The translations under genes were made by a program, and so were the position numbers. Source: an uncultured Bacteroidales bacterium (lineage in GTDB: Bacteria; Bacteroidota; Bacteroidia; Bacteroidales; PWNQ01). From it: a stretch of 64,000 nucleotides of DNA. Below the pieces are notes generated by a model. That model was not told the origin of the DNA. It worked only from the letters and a program-made list of their open reading frames with translations, and searched no databases. Positions 38,017 through 46,807 of this stretch are shown here, in pieces. The stretch is from the NCBI GenBank assembly GCA_964477095.1, contig CAYZDA010000003.1:21650-85649 (forward strand), given 5' to 3'. Within the stretch, counting starts at the first letter, position 1, and each line of letters starts with the position of its first letter.

Positions 38017-39528
38017 ATGCCATTATTTAATTCAGTGATTTCCTGGATCATGAAAAAGCGGATGCATCAGATAGAACTGTTTATCCGCTATCCGCATGAT
38101 GTGCAGGATGAATGGTTTCAACGACTGATCAGTGAAGCACGATATACCGAATGGGGAAAGCATTATGATTATTCCTCCATAAAAACCCGTCAGCAGTATC
38201 GCGAAAGGGTTCCTGTAAGTACTTATGAGGACCTGCAGCCACATATTGACCGCATCCGCAAGGGAGAACAAAATATTTTATGGAATACTGAGATCCGGTG
38301 GTTTGCCAAATCCTCGGGAACCACAGCAGGGAAAAGCAAATTTATCCCGGTTAGCTCCGAAACCATAGAGGAAACACATTTCCGGGGAGGAAAGGACCTG
38401 CTGTCATTTTACTGCACGAATTTCCCACAGACCAAGCTCTTCGATGGTAAAGGCCTTGGTCTTGGGGGAAGCCATTATATCAACGAATATGACAATGAAT
38501 CGTTTTATGGTGATGTATCTGCTATAATAATTCAAAATTTGCCCTTTTGGGCGCAGATAAGCCGCACACCCAACATAGAAGTGGCCCTGATGGATCAGTG
38601 GGAGGAAAAGATCGAACGCATGGCCGACATCACCATCAAAGATAATGTTACCAGCCTGGCCGGTGTTCCCTCCTGGGGTCTGCTGTTATTACAGCGCGTG
38701 TTGGAAAAAACCGGCAAAACAAGCATCCGTGAAGTATGGCCCGATTTTGAGGCGGTGTTTCATGGTGGAGTTAATTTTGCTCCTTACCGGCAACAGTTTG
38801 CTAAAATATTACCACCAGATATCAATTATGTGGAAAACTATAATGCTTCCGAGGGATATTTTGGAATCCAGGACCGCTTAAACTCGACAGAACTGTTACT
38901 GATGCTGGATTACGGTATTTATTACGAGTTTATGCCCATGGCTGAGTTGGACAAGGAAAACCCAAAAACACTGACACTGGAAGAGGTTCAAACGGATGAA
39001 AATTATGCAATGATTATTTCAACTAACTCAGGACTGTGGAGATATATGATTGGCGATACAATCCGCTTTACCTCAAAAAATCCCTACAGGATTCAAATAA
39101 CCGGACGCACAAAGCACTTTATTAATGCTTTTGGTGAGGAACTGATAGTTGACAATGCAGAAAAAGCGCTGGAAATTGCATGTGCCAAAACAGGCGCAGT
39201 GATCAATGAATACACGGCTGCTCCCAGATATCTTGGCGATAAGGAAAAAGCCGCACATGAATGGCTGATTGAATTTCACAAAGAGCCTGAAGACCTGATG
39301 TTTTTCGCGGAAACACTGGACACTGCATTAAAGTCTATTAATTCTGACTATGAAGCAAAACGGTATAAAAGTATGATGCTGGAACTGCCCGAAATACATA
39401 AAGTTAAAAAAGACACTTTTTACCGCTGGCTGAAAAAAAAGGGCAAGCTGGGCGGGCAAAACAAGGTGCCTCGGCTATCCAACAACCGTAATTATATTGA
39501 AGAAATTAAAGAAATGGCCGGTCTATGA
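38017..39528 (+). CDS. GH3-family (acyl-acid amido synthetase-like, ANL superfamily) protein
   Basis: 503 aa. The N-terminus and FAKSSGTTAGKSKFIP adenylation-type motif are typical of bacterial GH3 auxin-responsive-promoter family proteins. Confidence 0.8.
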   Translation: MPLFNSVISWIMKKRMHQIELFIRYPHDVQDEWFQRLISEARYTEWGKHYDYSSIKTRQQYRERVPVSTYEDLQPHIDRIRKGEQNILWNTEIRWFAKSSGTTAGKSKFIPVSSETIEETHFRGGKDLLSFYCTNFPQTKLFDGKGLGLGGSHYINEYDNESFYGDVSAIIIQNLPFWAQISRTPNIEVALMDQWEEKIERMADITIKDNVTSLAGVPSWGLLLLQRVLEKTGKTSIREVWPDFEAVFHGGVNFAPYRQQFAKILPPDINYVENYNASEGYFGIQDRLNSTELLLMLDYGIYYEFMPMAELDKENPKTLTLEEVQTDENYAMIISTNSGLWRYMIGDTIRFTSKNPYRIQITGRTKHFINAFGEELIVDNAEKALEIACAKTGAVINEYTAAPRYLGDKEKAAHEWLIEFHKEPEDLMFFAETLDTALKSINSDYEAKRYKSMMLELPEIHKVKKDTFYRWLKKKGKLGGQNKVPRLSNNRNYIEEIKEMAGL

Positions 39529-40292
39529 AAAAAATGGTGATCGTGTTTGTTACTTTGTGGGCAATGCAGCTGCCTGTTTACGGGCAGGCTGCAATAAAAG
39601 GAAACTTTGATAATTTTTTTATTGATGCCCTGGGTAATTTTTATTCTGTGGCAAAGAATACAATCATCAAATATGATAAGGAAGGCCAGGAAACAGCGCG
39701 CTATACTGATTTTATAAACGGAAACATAAGCTGGATTGATGTCTCCAACCCCTTGAAAATAATGGTCTATTTCCGGCAGTTCGATCAGGTGATATTTCTT
39801 GATAAGTATTTATCCGAAAGTTCTGACCTGATAGAACTCACTGAGCATGGGGTAATATCTTCAGAGCTTGCAGCCACCTCCTATGACAACGGCATATGGG
39901 TTTATGACCACTCAGCTGTTCAGTTGATAAGGCTGGATGAGAATCTAAATATCAGTCATCAGTCGGGTCCTGCCATGTTCAATCCTGCAGACAAATACCG
40001 GTTCCTGCATCAGTCGGGGCAGTGGGTTTTACTTGCTTTGGGCAGGCAGGTGATGATATTCGACCGTTTTGCCGCATATCACCGGCAGATAAGCCTGCCT
40101 GACAGCTGTGTAGTAACCTGGGCAAGAGATGCACTGATCTGGGTTAACAATCGAACCATCACCCGGTACAACTTCAGCACCCATCAATCAAAAACGAATG
40201 TATGGACTCATGACCGGCCTCTTGCTGTGCGTTACCAAAATCAAAGAATCTACTATCTTACTGAGGATGGAATATTTCTGGCTTCATTCTAA
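39525..40292 (+). CDS. Hypothetical secreted protein
   Basis: 255-aa ORF with a signal peptide (MKKMVIVFVTLWAMQLPVYGQA). It is start/stop-coupled (ATGA) to the GH3 gene. Confidence 0.5.
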   Translation: MKKMVIVFVTLWAMQLPVYGQAAIKGNFDNFFIDALGNFYSVAKNTIIKYDKEGQETARYTDFINGNISWIDVSNPLKIMVYFRQFDQVIFLDKYLSESSDLIELTEHGVISSELAATSYDNGIWVYDHSAVQLIRLDENLNISHQSGPAMFNPADKYRFLHQSGQWVLLALGRQVMIFDRFAAYHRQISLPDSCVVTWARDALIWVNNRTITRYNFSTHQSKTNVWTHDRPLAVRYQNQRIYYLTEDGIFLASF

Positions 40293-40306
40293 ACTGCCGG
40301 CAGTTT
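40291..40306 (+). terminator. Possible weak terminator or attenuating hairpin
   Basis: Perfect 16-nt palindrome AAACTGCCGGCAGTTT overlapping the stop codon. There is only a short T tract, so this is weak. Confidence 0.3.
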
Positions 40307-40367
40307 CAATAAAGATATTCAGTTCCGATATTTCTTATTATTTTTATTGCTTCAAATAAAAAGAGCT

Positions 40368-40979
40368 ATGCACATTGCAATTGCAGGAAACATTGGGTCA
40401 GGAAAAACCACGCTTACAAAGCTTCTGGCCAAACGAATGAGTTGGATACCTCACTTTGAAGATGTAGAATCCAATCCCTATCTGAACAGTTTTTATGAAG
40501 ACATGCAGCGCTGGTCATTTAACCTTCAGATATATTTTCTGAACAGCAGGTTCAGACAGGTAATCAAAATAAGGGAAAATGAAAAAACAGTGATCCAGGA
40601 CAGAACCATTTATGAAGATGCATATATTTTCGCACCAAACCTTCATGAAATGGGCCTGATGCCCACACGCGACTTTGAAAACTATCAAATGCTGTTCGAT
40701 CTGATGTCCCGGTTTATTCAACCTCCTGACCTGCTGATATACCTTCGTGCTGAAGTTCCCACGCTGGTTGATCAGATCCAGAAAAGAGGCAGGGAATACG
40801 AAAATTCCATACGTCTGGATTACCTGAAAAGCCTTAACCAACGCTACGAGCAGTGGATAGATAACTATGAGGAAGGCAACCTGCTGATCATCGATGTGGA
40901 TGATAAGGATTTCAATAAACCACAAGACCTGTCGCTGGCAATTGAGAAGGTACAGGGAAAAATACACGGATTGTTTTAA
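40368..40979 (+). CDS. Deoxynucleoside kinase
   Basis: P-loop IAGNIGSGKTT and the DRTIYED motif. I start at the internal Met MHIAIAG. Confidence 0.85.
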   Translation: MHIAIAGNIGSGKTTLTKLLAKRMSWIPHFEDVESNPYLNSFYEDMQRWSFNLQIYFLNSRFRQVIKIRENEKTVIQDRTIYEDAYIFAPNLHEMGLMPTRDFENYQMLFDLMSRFIQPPDLLIYLRAEVPTLVDQIQKRGREYENSIRLDYLKSLNQRYEQWIDNYEEGNLLIIDVDDKDFNKPQDLSLAIEKVQGKIHGLF

Positions 40980-41722
40980 TGGATATTGCAGCTATCATAC
41001 CGGCCCGCTATGGCTCCAGCAGGTTTCCAGGCAAGCCACTGGCGAAAATCAAGGGTAAGCCAATGATACTGCATACCCTTGAAAATGTAACTGCCAGCGG
41101 TATTTTCGCACAGGTGGCTGTAGCCACAGATGATGAACGGATCAGGAAAACTGTTACTGATAGCGGCGGGAAATGCATCCTGACGCCATCGGAACTTGCC
41201 TCAGGCACGGAACGTTGCGCTGCTGCCATCGAAGACATGGAGGCTGATTTTGATGCAGTAATCAATATCCAGGGCGATGAACCTTTTATCCATACATCAC
41301 ATCTAAGAAAAGTTGCGGATATGCTCAGGCAGGATGCTGAGATCGCAACCCTGGCGGTGAAAATAACCAGTGATGAGGTATTAAATGATCCTAACGCAGT
41401 TAAAGTAGTTTTCGGAAAACACAATAAGGCATTGTATTTTTCCCGAAGTGTGATCCCATATCTAAGAGGTATGCAGGCTGGTAATCTGGTGCAAAAGCAC
41501 AATTTTTACAAGCACCTTGGAATTTATGGATACCGTACCCGCATCCTGCGCAACATAGGGAGCCTGACATGTACCGTACTTGAAAAGGCGGAAAATCTCG
41601 AACAATTACGCTGGATGGAAAACGGATACTCCATTACTGTGGCTGTTACTGAAATAGACAGCCAGGGAATTGATACACCTGAAGACCTTGTGAAATTGCA
41701 AAGAATACTGAAACAATCATAA
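40979..41722 (+). CDS. kdsB: 3-deoxy-manno-octulosonate cytidylyltransferase
   Basis: IIPARYGSSRFPGKPL and NIQGDEPF motifs. Confidence 0.92.
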   Translation: MDIAAIIPARYGSSRFPGKPLAKIKGKPMILHTLENVTASGIFAQVAVATDDERIRKTVTDSGGKCILTPSELASGTERCAAAIEDMEADFDAVINIQGDEPFIHTSHLRKVADMLRQDAEIATLAVKITSDEVLNDPNAVKVVFGKHNKALYFSRSVIPYLRGMQAGNLVQKHNFYKHLGIYGYRTRILRNIGSLTCTVLEKAENLEQLRWMENGYSITVAVTEIDSQGIDTPEDLVKLQRILKQS

Positions 41723-41752
41723 TTTTGCACCAGAAATACAAATTCCTTCTGA

Positions 41753-42904
41753 ATGAAAATTGAAGCATTCATCACAGAAAAATTATTCCAGGGAGAAGCT
41801 GTAAAGGTAGAAGGCCTGGGTACTTTTAGCACCATTGAGAAATCCACCAGCATTCACCCTGGTGACCAAAGGTTTGAACCGTCCTGTAGGATGCCGGAAT
41901 TCACCTTCAACCCGGAAACAAAAGATGAAGGATTGGCAGCCTTTATTGCCCAAAAAACTTCCGGGGGTAAAAATGAGATACTGGAAGAAATCAGAAAACG
42001 TTCAGCAACCATCCGGGATGAACTGAAAGCCGGCAGGAAAGTTCAGCTTCAGAACCTGGGATTTCTTTATTATGATTTTCGTGGTGAAGTAAGGCTTGAT
42101 GCTGACCGGGAGCTTAATTTCAGCAAGGAAAGCTACGGCCTTCCCTCATTTCACGCTAAACTGGTGACATCAGAAAGCAAAATGCCTGAAGAAAAAAAAC
42201 CGGAGAAAAAGAAAGCTAAAATCTCATCAAAATCAAGCATAAAAAACACTGAACAAAAGACAGCTCAAGCCACCCTTACTGATGCTGCCCAGAAAAAAGC
42301 CACTCCCACAAAAACAGAAAAACCCAAGGGGAAAAAAGAAAGAACGAAAGGCAAAAAGGAAAGCAGAAAAACCGCAGTATGGCTGGTATCCCTCTCAGTA
42401 GTCCTGCTTGTGGGAGCTGCAGCCTGGTATTTCAGGGATGACTGGCAGAAATGGATTGAAAAACCAATGACAACAACAGCTAAGAAAGAAAAAGAAGTAC
42501 TCACTGATACTGTGCCGGATACATTGCAGAAACAGGATCGGAAAACAGCAGTTGCTGACACACTTAGCAATGACACAGCCTCCAAAAAAGTGCAACCATC
42601 AGCCGACAGCAACCAGCATCCGGCTGATGAAGCAGCAAATACCGGCAAGGAAGACACAGACATCCCACAGGCAGACAGGGGCGATTATCTGATAATAGCA
42701 GGCTGTTTTGAATCAGTGGAAAATGCTGATGAATTTGTACAGAAATTGAAGAAAAAAGGCTATAAAGCTTCAATCCAGGGAACTACTCCGCATGGTTTAT
42801 ACCGCGTGGTTTACGGGGTGTATGATAAGCGCAGTAATGCTGTTAACACCCTTAACAGCATCAGGGCCAATGAAAATAAAGGAGCCTGGCTTGACCGGTA
42901 TTGA
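41753..42904 (+). CDS. SPOR-domain protein with an HU-like N-terminal domain and a central TM helix
   Basis: The N-terminal region resembles HU/CCDC81-type DNA-binding folds. It is followed by a Lys-rich linker, a TM helix (VWLVSLSVVLLVGAAAWYF) and a C-terminal SPOR domain (YLIIAGCFESVENADEF...YRVVYGVY). Confidence 0.7.
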   Translation: MKIEAFITEKLFQGEAVKVEGLGTFSTIEKSTSIHPGDQRFEPSCRMPEFTFNPETKDEGLAAFIAQKTSGGKNEILEEIRKRSATIRDELKAGRKVQLQNLGFLYYDFRGEVRLDADRELNFSKESYGLPSFHAKLVTSESKMPEEKKPEKKKAKISSKSSIKNTEQKTAQATLTDAAQKKATPTKTEKPKGKKERTKGKKESRKTAVWLVSLSVVLLVGAAAWYFRDDWQKWIEKPMTTTAKKEKEVLTDTVPDTLQKQDRKTAVADTLSNDTASKKVQPSADSNQHPADEAANTGKEDTDIPQADRGDYLIIAGCFESVENADEFVQKLKKKGYKASIQGTTPHGLYRVVYGVYDKRSNAVNTLNSIRANENKGAWLDRY

Positions 42905-42928
42905 TCATTATAAAAAAAGAGAGAAATT

Positions 42929-43612
42929 GTGGGAAAGAAGAAATTAAGGAGATTTGCCGAAAATGCCACTTTTGAAAATATGTTCCAGCGAACATTTGAG
43001 GAGCTGGACGAAGACGGATTTGAATTAAAAGGAAGGTGGAAAGCTGATTTTTTTAAAAATAACAACCCGCTAATACTGGAGCTCGCCTGTGGAAAAGGAG
43101 AATATACGGTGGATATGGCGCGCCGCTATCCGGAGAATAACTTTATAGGAATCGACATAAAAGGAGCCAGGATGTGGAAAGGCTGTAAACGATCCAATGA
43201 AGAAGGACTGAAGAATGTCGCTTTTATCCGCACACAAATAGAACTGATTCAGCATTTTTTTGGTCAGAGTGAAGTGGCTGAAATCTGGATCACTTTCCCT
43301 GACCCGCATCTGAGGGAATCACGCCGGAAGAAACGCCTGACATCTCCGCAATTTCTGCAGCGGTATAAAAATCTGGTTAAGGATCAAGGAGTTATTCATC
43401 TGAAAACTGACGATGATACCTTGTTTGAATATACTAAAGAGGTAACTGAAGAATTTGACCATCATATCATCACGCAGTCAGAAGATGTGTATCGGGATAA
43501 TATCCCCGGTCCGGTAACTGAAATCCAGACTTTTTATGAACAAATGTGGCTTGAAGAAGGTAAAACCATTAAATATATCAGTTTTATTTTGAATAAGGAT
43601 AAGATGAAATGA
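42929..43612 (+). CDS. trmB: tRNA (guanine46-N7)-methyltransferase
   Basis: GTG start. SAM motif LELACGKGEY, the WITFPDPH motif, and a TrmB-typical C-terminus. Confidence 0.9.
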   Translation: MGKKKLRRFAENATFENMFQRTFEELDEDGFELKGRWKADFFKNNNPLILELACGKGEYTVDMARRYPENNFIGIDIKGARMWKGCKRSNEEGLKNVAFIRTQIELIQHFFGQSEVAEIWITFPDPHLRESRRKKRLTSPQFLQRYKNLVKDQGVIHLKTDDDTLFEYTKEVTEEFDHHIITQSEDVYRDNIPGPVTEIQTFYEQMWLEEGKTIKYISFILNKDKMK

Positions 43613-43737
43613 GGATGGTGCGCCTCAGACGGCACACACACAGGCATGATCATAAAAGGTTACGGAGTGAGCAAAAGAAATATGGGAATATTCCGCCGTT
43701 GGCGGGAACCGCTGAAATCAAAATTATAAACAGTTGA
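43613..43737 (+). repeat. Copy C of the conserved upstream module. It fills the trmB-ATL gap and ends 4 nt before the ATG.
   Basis: It aligns with copies A and B read on the minus strand: CGCCTCAGACGGCACACACACAGGCATGATCATAAAAGG..GGAGTGAGCAAAAG..hairpins GGAATATTCC and CCGCCgttGGCGG..GCTGAAATCAAAATTATAAACAG. Confidence 0.6.
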
Positions 43738-44088
43738 ATGACTAAAACTGAATCTTCATATTTTAAGAAAGTTTATGCTATTGTGCAACAAATTCCTGAA
43801 GGCAGGGTTAGCAGTTACGGAGCCATAGCAGAATACCTCGGAATGAGGGGCGGTGCAAGAATGGTTGGCTGGGCGATGAATCAGTCGCATTCAGCAGGAG
43901 ATTTCGTACCGGCTCATCGTGTGGTGAACAAAAACGGGATGCTAACAGGCAAACATCATTTCGGAAGACCCGGACTGATGCAGGAACTTCTGGAAAATGA
44001 AGGAATAAAAGTTAAAGAAGACCAGATACAGAATTATGATAAGCACTTCTGGGATCCGGGAAAAAATCTGCAACATGAAAAATCTTAG
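43738..44088 (+). CDS. MGMT-family DNA-binding protein lacking the acceptor cysteine (alkyltransferase-like, ATL)
   Basis: DNA_binding_1-type fold (SYGAIAEYLG...ARMVGWAM). The active-site PCHR is replaced by PAHR (VPAHRVVNKNG). Confidence 0.8.
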   Translation: MTKTESSYFKKVYAIVQQIPEGRVSSYGAIAEYLGMRGGARMVGWAMNQSHSAGDFVPAHRVVNKNGMLTGKHHFGRPGLMQELLENEGIKVKEDQIQNYDKHFWDPGKNLQHEKS

Positions 44089-45460
44089 CAATTTTAAGAA
44101 TACCAGTTTCTGGATTATCTTACTGATTTTAGCAGGATGTACTTCCACCAAACAAACCACAGTGAACCTGGAAGCAGCTGAAGAAGAAGAATCATATTAT
44201 GAAGAAGATCATATCCGCTACCAGGATTATACCTACGTGGACAATATTCATTCGGTGATTCTGCATAAGGAAGGTGCAGACATGTCCATGCCGTTTATCA
44301 GGTTGGGCAGCAATGACAAGCTGACCCTGTCCTTTGATGATCTGGATTCGGATATCAAGTCATACCGTTATGAGATACTGCATTGCGATGCCAACTGGAA
44401 ACCCTCGGAATTAAGCAAATACCGTTATAGCGATGGCTACGAAACCGCACTCATAGATGATTACGAATACTCATTCAATACCATGGAAGACTTCACCCAT
44501 TACAGGCTCGTCTTCCCGCGCGAAGGTGAGGCAGTGCCCATTGTTTCAGGAAATTTCATTATCAAAGTTTTTGTTACCGGTCAGCGTGACAGGCCAGTGC
44601 TCACCAGGCGCTTTATGGTTTTTGAACCTAAAGTGGATATTGAAGCTGAGGTACAGCCCGCCACTCCGGTTGATAAACGTCAAACTCACCAGGAAGTTGA
44701 TTTTACTGTAGAGCTGGGCGATTATTATGTTGCTGACCCTCATCAGAACATCAAGGTGATGGTACTACAGAACAAACGATGGGACAAGATCATCAAGAAT
44801 ATAAAACCCAGGTTCATAAATCCCAATGAATTGGATTATGAATATATGGGGAAAATTATCTTCAGTGGATTGAATGAATTCAGGTTTTTCGATACTCGCT
44901 CACTTCAGCATCAGGTAAGAGGGATAAAAGAACTCTATTATGACTCACTGGGCAACCATGTAGTACTGGAACCCGATGTAAGCAGAGCGCATCAAAACTA
45001 TCTTCATTATGAGGATCTGAACGGGAATTACTTCATTATTTCCTATGATAATGCCCGCAGGCAGGCACTGGAAGCTGATTATGCTCATGTTCACTTTTCA
45101 CTGCACGTACCTCCCATGAGTGGTGGTAATGTTTACCTGATGGGAGAACTCAATGACTGGCAGTTTCGCAAGCGTTCCAAAATGGTTTATAATTACGATA
45201 AACAGGCTTATGAAACCACAATGTATCTCAAGCAGGGCTACTACAACTATCATTATGTATTTCTGCCCAATAATGCTGATCGTGCTGATGCCAGCGTTTT
45301 TGAGGGGGAGCATTTTGAAACAGAAAATGATTATACCATTTTTGTTTACCACAGGCCTTCGGGTGAAGTATATGATAAACTCATAGGCGTTGCACGTGTA
45401 AGCTCTTTAAAGCATCAGGAAAAGGACAAAAAGCCTACCAGACCACTTCCGCAACGGTAA
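44075..45460 (+). CDS. DUF5103-like lipoprotein (T9SS plug-protein family candidate)
   Basis: Lipobox ILLILAGC at the internal Met MKNLSNFK. The motif LSFDDLDSDIKSYRYEILHCDANWKPSEL matches my recollection of DUF5103 / type IX secretion plug proteins. Confidence 0.55.
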   Translation: MKNLSNFKNTSFWIILLILAGCTSTKQTTVNLEAAEEEESYYEEDHIRYQDYTYVDNIHSVILHKEGADMSMPFIRLGSNDKLTLSFDDLDSDIKSYRYEILHCDANWKPSELSKYRYSDGYETALIDDYEYSFNTMEDFTHYRLVFPREGEAVPIVSGNFIIKVFVTGQRDRPVLTRRFMVFEPKVDIEAEVQPATPVDKRQTHQEVDFTVELGDYYVADPHQNIKVMVLQNKRWDKIIKNIKPRFINPNELDYEYMGKIIFSGLNEFRFFDTRSLQHQVRGIKELYYDSLGNHVVLEPDVSRAHQNYLHYEDLNGNYFIISYDNARRQALEADYAHVHFSLHVPPMSGGNVYLMGELNDWQFRKRSKMVYNYDKQAYETTMYLKQGYYNYHYVFLPNNADRADASVFEGEHFETENDYTIFVYHRPSGEVYDKLIGVARVSSLKHQEKDKKPTRPLPQR

Positions 45461-46721
45461 ATGTACTCCCGCCGATAAATATAAGATCTTTTTCTGAGGC
45501 TGCTGCTTTGGCAGCTTTCAACGCCGCATTGACACTGTCATAGTCTTTGCCCTTCAGCCCGCTTGCTTCAGCAAACCTGCGGAGTTCGCGAGCTGCCAGC
45601 CCTCTCGGGATATCAGCTTTGGCAAAATAATACTCCGCCCCGGCAGGCATCAGTTCCAATACACTCTTTATGTCTTTATCATTGACCATCCCGATGACAA
45701 AATGCAGCTTTTCAGCGCTCATTTCCCTGATCTGATCCATCACCAGGCGAATCCCGGCAGGATTATGTGCACTGTCAGCAATGATCAGAGGCTTTTTCCC
45801 AAGTATCTGGAATCTTCCCTTATAACCAGCATTCTGAAAAATGTTGGCAAAGCCTTTTTTAATTGCATCCGAAGATATCTTAAACCCTTTTTCCCTAAGC
45901 TTTTTAATGACCTGCAGGGTAGTTTTCACATTTAAAAACTGATAAGAAGCCGGTAGGGGCACTGTGAATGCACCAGACACAAGCTTTTCATCTTTAATTG
46001 CTATGCGTAACCCATCACTCAGAATTTCAGCCATGGCGAATTCTATTTCATCAGAGGCCCAGGTGATGGGTGCATTTTTTTCTGTAGCCCTGTGTTTAAA
46101 AACCTGAGCTGCATCTTCCTGCCATTCACCGATCACTATGGATACATTTTCTTTAATAATGCCGGCCTTTTCACCCGCTATTGCCGTAACTGATTCCCCC
46201 AGAAAGCGGACGTGATCAAGGGAAATATTAGTGATGGCTGAAACTTCCGGCTTCACTACATTAGTAGAATCCAAACGGCCTCCCATTCCTGTTTCCCACA
46301 CCGCAACATCAATCTTCTGTTCCCTGAAATGCCAGCAAGCCATAGCAAAGGTCATTTCAAAAAAAGATGGGGATATATGTTTTAGCTGAGGGAAGAACTT
46401 TTCGGTGAATTCAATGACTTTATGTTCAGAAATCATCTCTCCATTGATGCGGATTCTTTCACGAAAGTCAACATAATGGGGTGAAGTGTACAGACCGGTT
46501 TTGTAGCCTGCTTCCTTTAAAATGGAAGCCAACATGCAGGATACTGTTCCTTTTCCATTGGTACCGGCCACATGCACATTCTTATATGCGCGGTGCGGAA
46601 AGCCAAAGTAAGCATCGAGAGCCTCTGTGGCAGCAAGGTCATTTTTATAGGCCGCTGCACCACTGCGCTGATACATAGGCAACTGTGCAAACAGCAAATC
46701 CAGTGTTTCCTGATAATTCAT
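45435..46721 (-). CDS. folC: Bifunctional folylpolyglutamate synthase / dihydrofolate synthase
   Basis: Mur-ligase P-loop HVAGTNGKGT and FolC-typical domains. Its 3' end overlaps the convergent gene by 26 nt. Confidence 0.9.
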   Translation of the reverse strand: MNYQETLDLLFAQLPMYQRSGAAAYKNDLAATEALDAYFGFPHRAYKNVHVAGTNGKGTVSCMLASILKEAGYKTGLYTSPHYVDFRERIRINGEMISEHKVIEFTEKFFPQLKHISPSFFEMTFAMACWHFREQKIDVAVWETGMGGRLDSTNVVKPEVSAITNISLDHVRFLGESVTAIAGEKAGIIKENVSIVIGEWQEDAAQVFKHRATEKNAPITWASDEIEFAMAEILSDGLRIAIKDEKLVSGAFTVPLPASYQFLNVKTTLQVIKKLREKGFKISSDAIKKGFANIFQNAGYKGRFQILGKKPLIIADSAHNPAGIRLVMDQIREMSAEKLHFVIGMVNDKDIKSVLELMPAGAEYYFAKADIPRGLAARELRRFAEASGLKGKDYDSVNAALKAAKAAASEKDLIFIGGSTFTVAEVVW

Positions 46722-46807
46722 TTTCTGCTGATTTTTAATAATGAATCCTGATCTGTGCGTATTATAAATCAGAACAGAGATACCTGCAAAGATCCAAAAA
46801 GAAAAGA

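Noticed and set aside
41008-41502. A 164-aa minus-strand ORF inside kdsB.
   Set aside because: It is antisense to a canonical kdsB, has no motifs, and has the Ser/Cys/Arg-rich composition typical of shadow frames.
42150-42700. Lys/Glu/Thr-rich repetitive coding stretch in the SPOR protein, considered as a possible tandem DNA repeat.
   Set aside because: It is a low-complexity protein linker. I see no exact nucleotide repeat unit, so it is a compositional feature rather than a repeat element.
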